A DNA stretch of 64,000 nucleotides from the human T2T-CHM13v2.0 reference genome, Homo sapiens. This document shows, one piece after another, positions 48,460-61,913 of the stretch. How positions within the stretch are numbered: position 1 is the stretch's first letter; each line of letters opens with the position of its first letter. A program made the position numbers and the translations under genes. Location: NCBI RefSeq assembly GCF_009914755.1, contig NC_060933.1. The stretch is one strand, 5' to 3'. Under the pieces are notes generated by a model that had not been told where the DNA came from, made no database searches, and saw nothing but the letters and a program-made list of their open reading frames with translations.

Positions 48460-50079
48460 GTTTGTATGTTGCATTTATCACTGTTTCAAGTTTTTGAGGT
48501 ATATTTTCTTAATTTGTGACTATTGAAATTTGTGACTATTGAAATTGATTTCAGTGTTATAGTTTTAGCTCTGAGGAAGTTAACTTACCTTAAAGATGAT
48601 GTTAAATGAGTTTAAAATAGTGCGGTATGATCTGGATACCATTTAATTCACTTAATGAAGAAATTAATTACCAGGGATATGTTTAAACTAAAGCCAAAGT
48701 AGATTTTACCTCTTGAATTCCTGGAGAATTGTCTAGAACAGGAAAGCCCAAATTAATACTATCTGGGCTACTTCACTGGCCACTGGTGGTCTTGGGAGAA
48801 ACCTCTTTTTTATCCTCTTCTACATTTCCAAAGTAGGGATAATGTTTCCTATAAAGTATCACCACATTTTTAAAAGTTCAAAAACACTGTAAAACACCTT
48901 TGCCTTTTTAGCTGCTAGGAAAGTGTTTTGGAGTTATTCTAATTAATTGCTATGCTATAGAAACATCTTAAATGAGCAGCCAGCATACATCAGGTCCATT
49001 GGTTAAGAAAGGGTGTCTTTACACATGAGGGCAATAAATTTTGAAGGTTGTGATTAGCAGCATCCTAAAATCTACTGCCACTACCATAGGTTGTGTCCAG
49101 GGTAACCAACAGAAACATGACAAAATCAAGTAAACTTCATTACACTTCCGGGTAGACCCAATAGTGCTGAAAGGAAGGCGACAGCTACCCCTAAACTTCC
49201 AGCATAAATTCCTGCCAGACCAGACCCTAAGGATCACTTCTGCTAGAGGCTGTGTAGTGAACTGAGACCCACCAGGACAGAAATCTGAAAAAACTGGAGC
49301 TGCACCTGCCTTACTTGCTTGAAATACTTCGTATTCAATGGTAGAGTTAACGTCTGTGCAAGGGACAGAGGAAACCTACAATTTGCCTCAACCTAATCCC
49401 CATTCCTCAAATAGCCTGTTTTGCTGACATTTTCTGTTCCTTAAATCCACTTGCACTTTCCTCCAAGCCTTTGAGTGAGAGGAAAGTTCCTCCTCCATCT
49501 ATTGAAATCCACTCTGCATTCTTCCCTGTACTTTTGGTCAACCTCCTATCCCTGCCGCACTTTATACATTTCTCTCAATATTTAACGAATTTGCTCTGTG
49601 TAGAACTTTTTTTTTCTCGTGAAAATTATACTATTCCATCTCTTGACCATATCTTAGCACTTTTTTTAATTTTTGAAAGAAACCGAGCGATTTTTAAATT
49701 ATTTTCTGTGGCTACTTCCAAACTTAAGGTTTCTGGAAATTTAGGATACCATCAAGAGTCTTGTAGGCTTTCCAGGTTTGTAGGACCTACAGGGTATGCA
49801 ATTCCTGTAAGTCACCAATCTTGGGGAAATTTTAGGGAAATGCAGTGGCGGGGGTGAGAGTAATCTCGGCCTCCTCAGTTTCCTTATTAGTAAATCTTTC
49901 TCTTCAGGTGACTGCTCAAAGGTCACCTCAGCGAGAGGCCTTTCCAGACTACCCCATCCCGTCCTAACGCTAGACTCGTGAGGCCCAGGGGAGAAAAGTA
50001 AATCACGGCCTAACTCTTGTTTATAGTCGCTACTGCCTTGGTGGAGACTATCTCCGATATCCCAGCACTAAAAGGCAGA

Positions 50080-50810
50080 TCCAAGACTCCCGCAAGCTAC
50101 GGTGGGTCCCCAGCCCAGAGGACTCCTGGGGGTCCCCATTTTCCGCAAGCGCCCCACTGCCTCCACGTGCTGCCCGCGCAGGTCCAGTGCCGCCGCCGCG
50201 TACTTCCGGCCGGAAGAAAGGGCGGGCTCTGTCGCTTTGCTGTGACGCACTTCCTGGCGTCGCCTGCGGGGGCGGAAACGCTTTGTCTGTCCGGCAAGCC
50301 GACGGCCCGCTGCTGGCCTCCGTGACGCGGCCTCCTCCGCGCCTCGCGGCATGGCGTCGGAGGGGCCGCGGGAGCCCGAAAGCGAGGTAAGGGCCGACGG
50401 GGGCTCTCTCGGCAGCCTCAGTCCGTCCGCCTGCCTCGCACTGGGGGCTCGGCCGGGCGGTGACGGGGCTGGTCCAGCGGGCGTGGGTCGGATGCTGGTG
50501 ACGGCACGGGAGCGCCCTACCGGGTGGCCGCGATCTTCGCGCCCCGCCTCGGGTCCGCCTTGGGGTGGCGGTCAGCGGCTACAGACCCCGCCCACAGTTA
50601 GCGCCGCGTCTGTGGTGCGATGTCACCCAGCGCAGTGACTGCGGCCCAGCCCGGCGCTCCCCGCAGTCGGGGCGGGGGGACTCTGGCGAGCTTCCCGCGC
50701 TCTTGGGAACGGATAGATTGTTTTAAAGGATCCTGCGTTTTTCTGAACGTCATTCTCCGCTCTACGTACTCAGCATTACCACTAGATGGAGCCCTGGCGA
50801 TCGCTTGCAT
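50080..50810. promoter_or_regulatory. SECISBP2: SECISBP2 CpG island promoter
   Basis: High CpG; CACGTG 50164; palindromic ETS pair CTTCCGGCCGGAAG 50203-50216; GTGACGCACTTCC near 50242; GC boxes. Confidence 0.85.
50351..50386 (+). CDS. SECISBP2: SECISBP2 coding exon 1 (MASEGPREPESE), SECIS-binding protein 2
   Basis: GGCATGG start context; GTAAGG donor; recognised N-terminus. Confidence 0.96.
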
Positions 50811-51425
50811 CATTTTTAGACCCATAAAATTCTCGGTGAAAGTAAATCTCTTACTACGTCACTAAAAACTAAAGAAAGAAATCTTAGTGAATTGAAATTT
50901 CAAAGGCTCGTGGTGATAATATTTTCTAGCAAAGCAAGGTTTGGTATTTCAATAAAGCAAGACTTAGTGGTTCATGAGTAAAATGCATATGCTTTTGTGC
51001 AACTTTTTCAAGAAAATGTAATGGAAATAAACGTCTGCAGTGTGTTTTGGGTGCTGTAGTTAAACAGTCCACGTGTATTTGACTGCAGTAGTTGTACTGT
51101 GTGCAGTTCTATTATTTCTAAGTGAATCTGTGGTAAAAACACCCTTATTCCAAGATCTAAACTATATAATCTGTGTTGTTTTATTTCCACTTGAATTCGT
51201 TGTCATTTTTCACTTTTAATGTTTGAACTACTGCCTTTTCTACAAAAAAAAAAGCATTGGGGAGAAATCGTTAGCAAGCAGGTTCTTGTCTTTACGAGGC
51301 AGAAGTTTTTAAACAACATCGGGAACATTTCTGGGGCTATTAGGAACACCTCTTGGGTCTTTTTGTTTGTTTATATTTGCTTGATCTCTGAATGTTTGTG
51401 GCCAAAACCTCATATTTTTCCTCAG

Positions 51426-51571
51426 GGCATCAAGTTATCAGCAGATGTCAAACCATTTGTCCCCAGATTTGCCGGGCTCAATGTGGCATGGTTAGAGTCC
51501 TCAGAAGCATGTGTCTTCCCCAGCTCTGCAGCCACATACTATCCGTTTGTTCAGGAACCACCAGTGACAGA
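51426..51571 (+). CDS. SECISBP2: SECISBP2 exon 2 (GIKLSADVKPFVP...PFVQEPPVTE)
   Basis: TTTTTCCTCAG acceptor, GTATGT donor; 146 nt in frame. Confidence 0.96.
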
Positions 51572-51847
51572 GTATGTATCTTTCTAAAAGTCTTACCTAG
51601 GGGCTTACATTTTGGATTTAATGGTGATTAGACTTTCAAATACTCGGCAGTTACTGCACTAAAGTTCTGCAGATGATGAGAGAATGCTCTTCAACCAAGA
51701 AGAGTCTGAGCCAGTAGCACAACTTAACTGTATCCTGTGCCAAAAACAGAAGCTTTAACTCCCCTTTTTTTTCTTCATACTCATTGTTATTTTCGGCAAA
51801 GAAATAGTAGAGACTGCATTGCATTTGTTAATAAGAAATGCAGTTTC

Positions 51848-52161
<314 letters not shown>

Positions 52162-53158
52162 TCAAGGTTCATTTGTTCATATGGTTTAAAAATATATCAT
52201 ATATCTAATGGGAGATGAAATGTGGAGGGAAGGGCAAAGAAAGGACCAAATAAACGTACTCCTCCTTTTTAAGGTTAACATTTTAAAATCTTGTTGAGCG
52301 AAGGGGAGGGGACTAGCAACCATAGCTGCCTCTGTGTGGATAATTTTTTGGAAATTGTTGACTTTTGCTTTCCACCTTTTTACTTTATATCTGTTAATAT
52401 GGAGATGAATTTTACACATTTCAGGCTTAAGTTCTTCTAAATTTGAGTTGAAAGAAGGCTTACATTTTTCCTTACATTTTCTTTTTCCTTCTCAGGATTC
52501 ATTCTCTAGGTTTACAAAATGGCTTCCTCTTGCAGCTGAATTTAGACAAAAAAAGTATTAATCTTTCACATAATTGTGTAGATTTATTTGTAGATCTGTT
52601 TTTAAGATTTGCATCAGGTGTAGTTCTAATCTAAGAATCCTAATGCTTTTTTCTTCTTTGATATGATTCTAACTTGTTTCCTTTTATTTGTGCCTGCATG
52701 ATGTAATTGAAAATAGTTTGTACTGTATATAAATTCTAGAATTATATTTGCAAGAATGAGAATTGTAATGAATAAGAAAATGATTGAGTTGTCTTTTGTG
52801 TTTAGGAAATACTGAAAGTTGTATTTTTTTGACGAAAGTTGAAACACTACCTTTATATGCTGGAATTTGGTCTTTGGTAGGAATACCCTATTTTTCCACT
52901 GTATTTCATCCACTGTAAAGGGGAGTTTGGCATGGGTCTCACTTGAGTTGTTCCCTACCTTGAGTGTCTCACATAACAAAATACAAAAATATATCTCAGT
53001 GACAAGAGCTCAAAGCCATCTGCTAGGTGGTATTTAGTTACTCAAAATAGTGGTGGAAAACATTCACATGGCTAAAGGAACATTTTGGCAGTAACATGAG
53101 TGGAGACTAATCAGAGACTCAAGAATGGGCAGTGCTGAATTTAAAAATTAGTTTTCTT

Positions 53159-53452
53159 GGCCGGGTGTGGTGGCTCATGCCTGTAATCCCAGCACTTTGG
53201 GAGGCCAAGGCGGGTGGATCACGAGGTCAGGAGTTCAAGACGAGCCTGACCAACATGGTGAAACCCCATCTCTACTACAGAAATACAAAAATTAGCCGGG
53301 TGTGGTGGCAGGTGCCTGTAATCCCAGTTACTCGGGAGGCTGAGGTAGAGAATTGCTTGAACCCAGGAGATGGAGGTTGCAGTGAGCCAAGACTGCGCCA
53401 CTGCACTTCAGCCTGGGCAACAGAACAAGACTCTCTCTCAAAAAAAAAAAAA
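53159..53452 (+). mobile_element. Alu in SECISBP2 intron 2
   Basis: TSD TAGTTTTCTT. Confidence 0.92.
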
Positions 53453-56400
53453 TAGTTTTCTTAACTCTTCTTTTTTAGCTTTGGTTTATGACCAAGGAAA
53501 AGTATTCACGCCTGGCAAGAAAACAAGGATAAGGAAGGCATTAAGTTGAAGAGGAAGAGTTAGAAAGGAAAAGATCCTTTAAAGTGGGGATGAAATAATG
53601 AGACTTCACATGGTTGAGAATTGATTATCTGAGCAGTTCTAATATAGATTAAAAATTGCATTGCCATAGTCAGATTACATGTAAATGGAGATCTCTTGCT
53701 GCTGTGACAAAAGGAATAGAAGTTTCTGAAACAACTATTTCCTCCTTCTTACTTGTTCAACTACATAGCATCCTAAGTCAACTTTGTATGTCCCCTTCCC
53801 TCATCTTTCCTTAAAGAAGGTATAGTAACCTTTTACAGAATTTGTCCTCCTCCAGTACCTTTCACAGTGCACTCAAAGATGCTCATTTATTCATTTGGAA
53901 TTAATTATTGAAAGTCTTCCATAGTTTTGAAGTGATGGAGATGAAAATGAACATACCAGACTCTTCCATATTTATGTTATAGGACAAGACAAAGAAATTA
54001 GAAGTAGTCTGATAGATAACATTTGCCATGTTTGGAAAATACTGATTATTTACTGATGTAATGAACAAATTTGCCTATGCAAACAAAATAAGTTTCTTCC
54101 AAGTAATGTCCATTGTCATGTTACATCCTTTGTGAAAAATCCTGTGCAACCTGTGTATGAGGATGTGTGCCTTTTGTTTGGGTATTATTGTATACTTCCA
54201 CTTCTTTCATAGTTACTACAATCCATGAGGTGGCAGGCAGATGTAATGTTATTTTGCACATGGGAAACTGAAGCTAGGAATGTTTGTTCATGCTAATTCA
54301 AATAGGTAGCACCAGAACCAGAATTAACGTGCTATTCTTCAAAATTGCTGCTGCTATTGACAAGAGGTAGTTGAGCATTTTCACCATCTGCCAATATACT
54401 GTGAAAATTTTAGTACCAATTGATGCTTTTGAGTTAAAGCAGATCAGCTATGAGAAGAACTAGTGGTATACAACATTGTACAGCTGAGCACGTGGCTCGG
54501 TGGGTGGAGGAGAAACTGCATCCCCTTTGGGTCGTTGCCTGACTGAAGGGACCATGTGCATGATATGTTTGGGAGATAGTAGAGGAATAAAGTGATAATT
54601 TTGGGGGGAAGCTGTCAGTAGATTGGAAGCCTGCATAGTACAGCTGAAAAGTTTTAGGTTTGCTGGGTAGGCAATAGGGAACTTTTGGTAGTGTCTTAAA
54701 TGGGGTCATTGTAATCACTCCTAAATTTTGGAAAGATTTTTAAAGAAGAGGGTCTTGAAGGCTTTGACCAGGTTCTAGGCACTGGAAATAGTAAAGAAAC
54801 TACATGAGAGAACTGTTGAAATAAAAAAGAGCCCCATGATTGTCCGTACAGGTTTTGGTGGGAAAGATGTTACAAAAATATTCGGTTGAATACATGGAAA
54901 TAATTGTAGGATCATACATGAGAACAGAAGTTGTAAATGGGGCTGTTTTGGGGAATGGATGTTAAATTTGGGATTTATACGTGCTGAATTGGGAAAAAGT
55001 GAAATAGTAAGTGGAAATGACCTGAAAGTTGGAGATGGAGGCCTGGACTAGGGAAGGTGCTGGATTGTTTATATTTATGTCAAGTCCTAAGCAGAAAGAT
55101 AAGAGGTTCTGACCCAGAATGTGTCAGATGGGTGAGATAAGGAGGGTGTAGAGGAGACTGCACTAGGGAAAGAGACAGAGATAGAGCCTTGGAGGGCAGG
55201 TGAGAGCCAGGCGAGCAAAGTCCAGGCCAGGGAGCTTTTCAAGTCATGTGATGGTCAAGCCAGACCCAACGGGTGCCTGGAGGGAGAGGCAAGAAGGAGG
55301 TCCTGGGAGACCTGGAAGCCGTTGGTGGGAAAGGGGCAAAGGGAAGTGGAGCCAGGAGACCAGCAGGTATTGCACAATTACTCAGACAGTTTGATTTTAG
55401 TATGGATGGGGTAGCTTAGGACAGTGAATGAGAAACAGGTGTGTTACTGTGGGTTTAGGGTCATCTGGGCCACTCCTGGCATCTGGAATTTCCCAGACAT
55501 GCCATTTGAAGCCACGCCAGATGCTGTGAGTTACTGCTTTGATGTTTTGTATTTTGTGTTGTTTTCTGCATGTAATTGTGTTTGCACTGGATGGAAATGG
55601 AAAATACCAACTTTCCAGAGGAGGAAGGACCAGTGAGGGGACAGAAACCCAAATGACTTACCCAGAATAGAAAACTGGATTGTGATTGAGCTAGGACCCC
55701 AACCAAGGTCTCCTGACTCCTGGATGAAAATTTCCTGGATGACAGCAGCCGTCAAAACCAATGGAACCTGTCCCTGCTTTCCTTTTTAGCTACATTTCAT
55801 TTGTCTGTTCATTTATCTATTTATTGGACTTGGGACAGTCTTTTTCACATTTTTTTTTCTGTCAACTCATCTTTTATGAAGAACAGATTATCCACCTTCA
55901 GTGACACTTGCCCCCCACTAGCTTTTCTCAACTACAAACAAAATACAGCACAGAATTCACAGGAACATGTAGGCAGTGGGATGAAGCTTTGAGCCTCTTT
56001 TCTACAAAGAGCTAGTCCTCAGTGCTGTATGTTTGGAGCAGTGCTAGGCCAGTTGTTTTGTTGGACAGACAAAGGTCAGTAAAAAGGGGTTTATTTGATT
56101 TTTAATTAGGAATATTTCATGTTAAAGTTACTTACCTGTAAGTAAAAGATCTTAGAAAATCTAAGTTAACATATCATGAAATAGTAAACAGTGAGATGAG
56201 AGAATATATGATTAAGTACTGGATAGAAGTGAAAGCAGTAAACGTTATTATATTATAGGTAGAGCCTGTAGTCTCCCTTTCTTATTCAGTGTAGTCTGTT
56301 ACTTGCAGCGCATTAGAAATATGATTTCTAGTAAGCGGTGCTTATGCTCATATCTCCTGACAGCGTAGCAGTTTGAAGGTCTTAAAGGGTGTGTCATGAC

Positions 56401-57200
56401 TAGGTTTGGATTTTTTGCCTTTCAGTGTACTAGTACATTTTGGAATAGCTCCGGAAATTAACAGAAACATTTGCTGGAAGGAGGAGGTTACTATTTGTAT
56501 TTTAAATCAGTTGCTTAGCATTTTGTCATTGTATCAGCTTTCATGGGAAAAAGGTTGAAACCTGTAGCCTTGTATCAAATTGGCTAAAAAAGAAAAATTA
56601 GTGTTAAATTATATTTTGGTTTAGTCTAGCAGCTTGGGATAAATTGAGGCAATAGCAACCTTCAAAGCTGGTGTCCATCTGTTAGTAAAGTGTGTAGTTA
56701 ACATCCACGGTGCCGTGCGGTGTCTGCTTTGCGCTCTGACCCTGTTAGTCAGCAAAGCGCAGGATGTCATGGTGGGCTTGGAGCAGGGAAGGGCTGGAGA
56801 AAACCATTTGCAGGAGCCTTGGTGGAGGCATTGCAGGCTGTTGGGTCTCCCCGCAGCAGAGAGAATGGTCTTTAGGGGCATTTTGGCCAGGGTTGCTGGG
56901 AGAGGCTTTCCCAAATACTTGGTAGCAATTGGGTGAAAAGCTGCTGGAGCATCTTCTGGCTCTGTTGATGTTTCTTACGGACTTCCAGCTCATTAGTGAA
57001 AAAATAGAGTCAACATCTTTCTTTGCAGGGTGAGAAAGAAACACCCAGAGATTTTATTTGGCTTTTAATTAGGGATTATTCCAGTGCTAGAGTGAATGGT
57101 CTCAGAAATATTAAATGTTCAGTTTGAATTAGTTTATTACAGAAAAGCTTCTTGGTTTGCAGTATGAAATCTGCAACTAAAGTTTACACTTTTTACTTAG

Positions 57201-57450
57201 GCAGAAAATATATACTGAAGACATGGCCTTTGGAGCTTCAACTTTTCCACCTCAGTATTTATCTTCTGAGATAACTCTTCATCCATATGCCTATTCTCCT
57301 TATACCCTTGACTCCACACAGAATGTTTACTCAGTGCCTGGCTCCCAGTATCTTTATAACCAACCCAGTTGTTACCGAGGTTTTCAAACAGTGAAGCATC
57401 GAAATGAGAACACATGCCCTCTCCCACAAGAAATGAAAGCTCTGTTTAAG
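57201..57450 (+). CDS. SECISBP2: SECISBP2 exon 3 (QKIYTEDMAFG...EMKALFK); internal alternative acceptor at 57321/57322
   Basis: TTTTACTTAG acceptor, GTGAGT donor; 250 nt, frame-consistent. Confidence 0.96.
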
Positions 57451-57670
57451 GTGAGTAGTGATGTTGTTTTGTTGTGTCCTTTAGTTGGTTGCTTTAATGT
57501 TTAAAATGTAAAGAAATGGTAAATTTGTACATCATATTTAAGTATCATGTATTTTTTTGTATTTAACCTTTTAAAAAATGATTGAATTGTGAATACTTAA
57601 TATTTTGCTGCTTTAAACCTTTTTTATAGTGGTGGTTTTATTTCATGTTGCTTTTTAATCTTTCCTGCAG

Positions 57671-57812
57671 AAGAAAACCTATGATGAGAAAAAAACGTAT
57701 GATCAGCAAAAGTTTGACAGTGAAAGGGCTGATGGAACTATATCATCTGAGATAAAATCAGCTAGAGGTTCACATCATTTGTCCATTTACGCTGAGAATA
57801 GTTTGAAATCAG
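57671..57812 (+). CDS. SECISBP2: SECISBP2 exon 4 (KKTYDEKKTYDQ...ENSLKS)
   Basis: TTTCCTGCAG acceptor, GTAAAA donor; 142 nt open frame. Confidence 0.95.
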
Positions 57813-58413
57813 GTAAAAATAACCAACAATGTAGTATAATGCGAGCCTACTCCTTGTGCCCCAGAAACATTCCTGCTATGTATACAGCTGTTTCTATGGG
57901 CTTGTTCATTGTGACTACTCCAAGAAATGAGACCTGGGTCTGACACAGCTTAGGGCGTCAGACTTCCTGAGCAATTCTAGAGGTATTTCTTCCCAGGGAT
58001 GGGATTATTATTTGGTACCTGTTGCATTGTGGGATCTTAAGTGCCTATAATTTGTATTATTTGGTATATACATTTTTCTCTTTTCATTGACTTCACTCAT
58101 AAACCATCTGGTACAAGGGACGTTTATTAACTGTAGTAACTGTGGTCTTATAATTAAATGAGTGGCTTCATGTAGCTGCAGCCTACCTTATCCATTGCAT
58201 TTCAGGAGAAAGATGGGGAAGAGGTTATGCGTTTTATGCTACCTGCTTCCCTCTAGTTTATTCCAGCAAACTGAAAGATGGAAAGTTTACTAGCACAGAA
58301 AATTCATTAGAGTCCCTTTAAATTTGCAATACAATAAAATGTCTAAAAAGAATAATTAAAATGCCCAGCTGCACAATCAGGTTAAGGTAACTATTTCATC
58401 AGCCTTAGAATTA

Positions 58414-60180
58414 TAGTCATGCCTCACTTACTGATGGGGACACATTCTGAGAAATGTGCCCTTAGGTGATTTCGTCATTGTGGGAACATTTAGAGTGTAC
58501 TTACACAGACCTAGATGGTATAGCCAACCACCTAGCTAGGCTATATGATATAGCCTGTTGTTCCTAGGTTATAAACCTTTAGACCATATTATTGTACTGA
58601 ATATTGTAGGCAGTTGTAACATAGTGGTAAGTATTTGTGTATCAAAATATAGAAAAGGTACAGCGGTGGCTCACGCCTGTAATCCCAGCACTTTGGGAGT
58701 CCGAGACGGGCGGATCACGAGGTCAGGAGATCAAGATCATCCTGGCTAACACGGTGAAACCCCGTCTCAACTGAAAATACAAAATATTAGCCTGGCGTGG
58801 TGGCGGGCACCTGTAGTTCCAGCTACTCGGGAGGCTGAGGCAGGAGAATGGCATGAACCCGGGAGGCGGAGCTTGCAGTGAGCCGAGATCAAGCGTCCCT
58901 GCACTCCAGCCTGGGAGACAGAGCGAGACTCCGTCTCCAAAAAAAAAAAAAAGATATAAAATGTTTTACCCGTATAGGGCACTTACCATGAATGGAGCTG
59001 GCAGAACTGGAAGTTGCTCTGGGTGATTCGATGACTGAGTGGTGGGTGAATGTGAAGGCCTAGGGTGTTACTGTACACTGTTGGAGACGTTCTAAACATT
59101 GTACACTTAGGCTACATGAAATTTATAAAAGTATTTTTTTCAATAATTAACCTTAGCTTACTGTAACTTTTTTACTTTATACATTTTTAATTTTTCTAAC
59201 TTTCTGACTCTTGTAATAACACTTACCTTTTGTAATAAAACACAAACATGCAGAAAAACCAAAAATACTTGGCTTGGACAAAAATATTTTCTTTCTTTAC
59301 ATCCTTACTCTATAAGCTTTTTTCTATTAATTTTTTTTTAACTTTCTACACTTTTTAATTAAAAACGAAGACACAACCACACACATTAGCCTAGGCCTGT
59401 ACAGGGTCAGAATCATCTGTATCACTGTCTTCCACCTCCACATATTGTCCCACTGGAAGGTCTTCAGGGACAGTAACATGCGTGGAGCTGTCATCTCCTG
59501 TGATAACAATGCCTTATTCTGGAATCCCTCCTGAGGGACCTGCCTGAAGCTGCTTTATACTTAAGTTTTTCTTTTGTCGTTTTGTGTTTTTTTTTTTTTT
59601 TTGAGACAGAGTCTCACTGTGTTACACAGGCTGGAGTGCAGTGGCACTATTTTGGCTCACTGCAACCTCTGCCTCCCAAGTTCAAGCAATTCTTGTGCCT
59701 CAGCCTCCCAAGTAGCTAGGGGGCATGCGCCCCCACACCCAGCTAATTTTTGTATTTTCAATAGAGTTGGGGTTTTACCATGTTGGCCAGGCTGGTCTGG
59801 AACTCGTGGCTGCATCTGCCTGCCTCAGCCTCCCGAAGTGCTGGGATTAAGGCGTGAGCCACCTTGCCCTGGCCAAATTTTTCTTTTGTAAGTAGTGGGA
59901 GTATATACTCCAAAGATAAAAAGTATAATACATAAACAAGTGACATAGTTGTTTATTGTCATTACCGAGTATTATGTACAGTACATCATCGCATGTACTA
60001 TACTTTTATATGCCTGTTAGCTCAGTAGGTTTGTTTACACTGGCATCACCACAAACGTGAGTAATCGCACCATGACATTACCAGTAGACAATAGGAATTT
60101 TTCAGCTTCATTACAATCTTATGGGGCTGTTGTATACGTAATCCATTGCTGATCAGACCATCATATGTGGCGCGTGACTA
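58414..60180. mobile_element. Tigger3b-like DNA transposon with two nested Alus (58662-58952 plus strand; about 59578-59874 minus strand)
   Basis: TA-flanked (C/T)AGTCATGC...CGTGACTA termini; TTCTGAGAAATG...AGAGTGTACTTACACA.ACCTAGATGG matches recalled Tigger3. Confidence 0.8.
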
Positions 60181-60433
60181 TACATACTCCTAAATGTACA
60201 GTGCATTTTGGTTTTTCTGCATGATGGTCCAACCAGAGTGATTGATACTTATGGTCATTTAAACTTTATACTTTTACAAAGGAAGGTGAACAACACCGGT
60301 AAGAGTTACGGTGTTTTGACAACAACCTGTTGCATCAATAGCAATAGTCTTTGTACTCTGCAATTTTTGCTTGCATACTGGTCATCAAACAGTAACTAAA
60401 TTTTTACTCTTACTTTTAATTTTGTAATTACAG

Positions 60434-60660
60434 ATGGTTACCATAAGCGAACAGACAGGAAATCCAGAATCATTGCAAAAAATGTATCTACCTCCAAACC
60501 TGAGTTTGAATTTACCACACTGGACTTTCCTGAACTGCAAGGTGCAGAGAACAATATGTCAGAGATACAGAAGCAACCCAAGTGGGGACCTGTCCACTCT
60601 GTCTCTACCGACATTTCTCTTCTAAGAGAAGTAGTAAAACCAGCTGCAGTGTTATCAAAG
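60434..60660 (+). CDS. SECISBP2: SECISBP2 exon 5 (DGYHKRTDRKS...LDFPEL...AAVLSK); gene continues beyond the window
   Basis: TTACAG acceptor, GTGAGG donor; 227 nt; cumulative CDS 801 nt = 267 codons. Confidence 0.95.
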
Positions 60661-60827
60661 GTGAGGTGAGGGTTTCTCTCTTTTTCTTTTTCCTTTGTAC
60701 ACTTTAAATTGTCTCATTTCAAACATTACACATTAAATCTTGCTGTGGGCTTTGATGTCCATGGAGCTGGGGAGGATGTATTGGGGGAAGCCTTTCATTG
60801 TGCACTTATATGACCTTCTTTGTTTGA

Positions 60828-61533
<706 letters not shown>

Positions 61534-61707
61534 AATCTAGTATACTCCTTTTTATATGGTAGCTGAAAGGTATTGTGGTGCCTCAGAAGGAAAAGGTTGT
61601 AACAGAGTCAAGCCGCTTTGACAGCCCATTTTCAACACGCTACTTCTAACATGCTGATAGCACTTTTTCCAATATAGAAAAAAAAGACTTTTATAAAAAT
61701 TGAAATA

Positions 61708-61913
61708 CATTAAGTCCTCACATAATGTTGTCAATAGGTTCTTGGAAACTGCAACTTTAAATGAAAGGCTGTATAGTAGGTCCTCCAGTAACATTTTCTT
61801 CACCATCATTTCATTATGATGTTGATGAAAAAAGGAATTGGTTTTGTTTTATGTTGTTTTGTTTAAAGTCACAGTTTCCAAGAACCTGTCCATGGTACTG
61901 AGGACTTAACTGT
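61708..61913. mobile_element. MER6-family (Tigger) palindromic MITE
   Basis: Inverted arms GGTTCTTGGAAACTG.AACTTTAA / TTAAAGTCACAGTTTCCAAGAACC. Confidence 0.72.

Noticed and set aside
56621-57044. ORFs in a purine/GC-richer patch of SECISBP2 intron 2
   Set aside because: No recognisable homology or convincing splice-site pair; cannot support an exon
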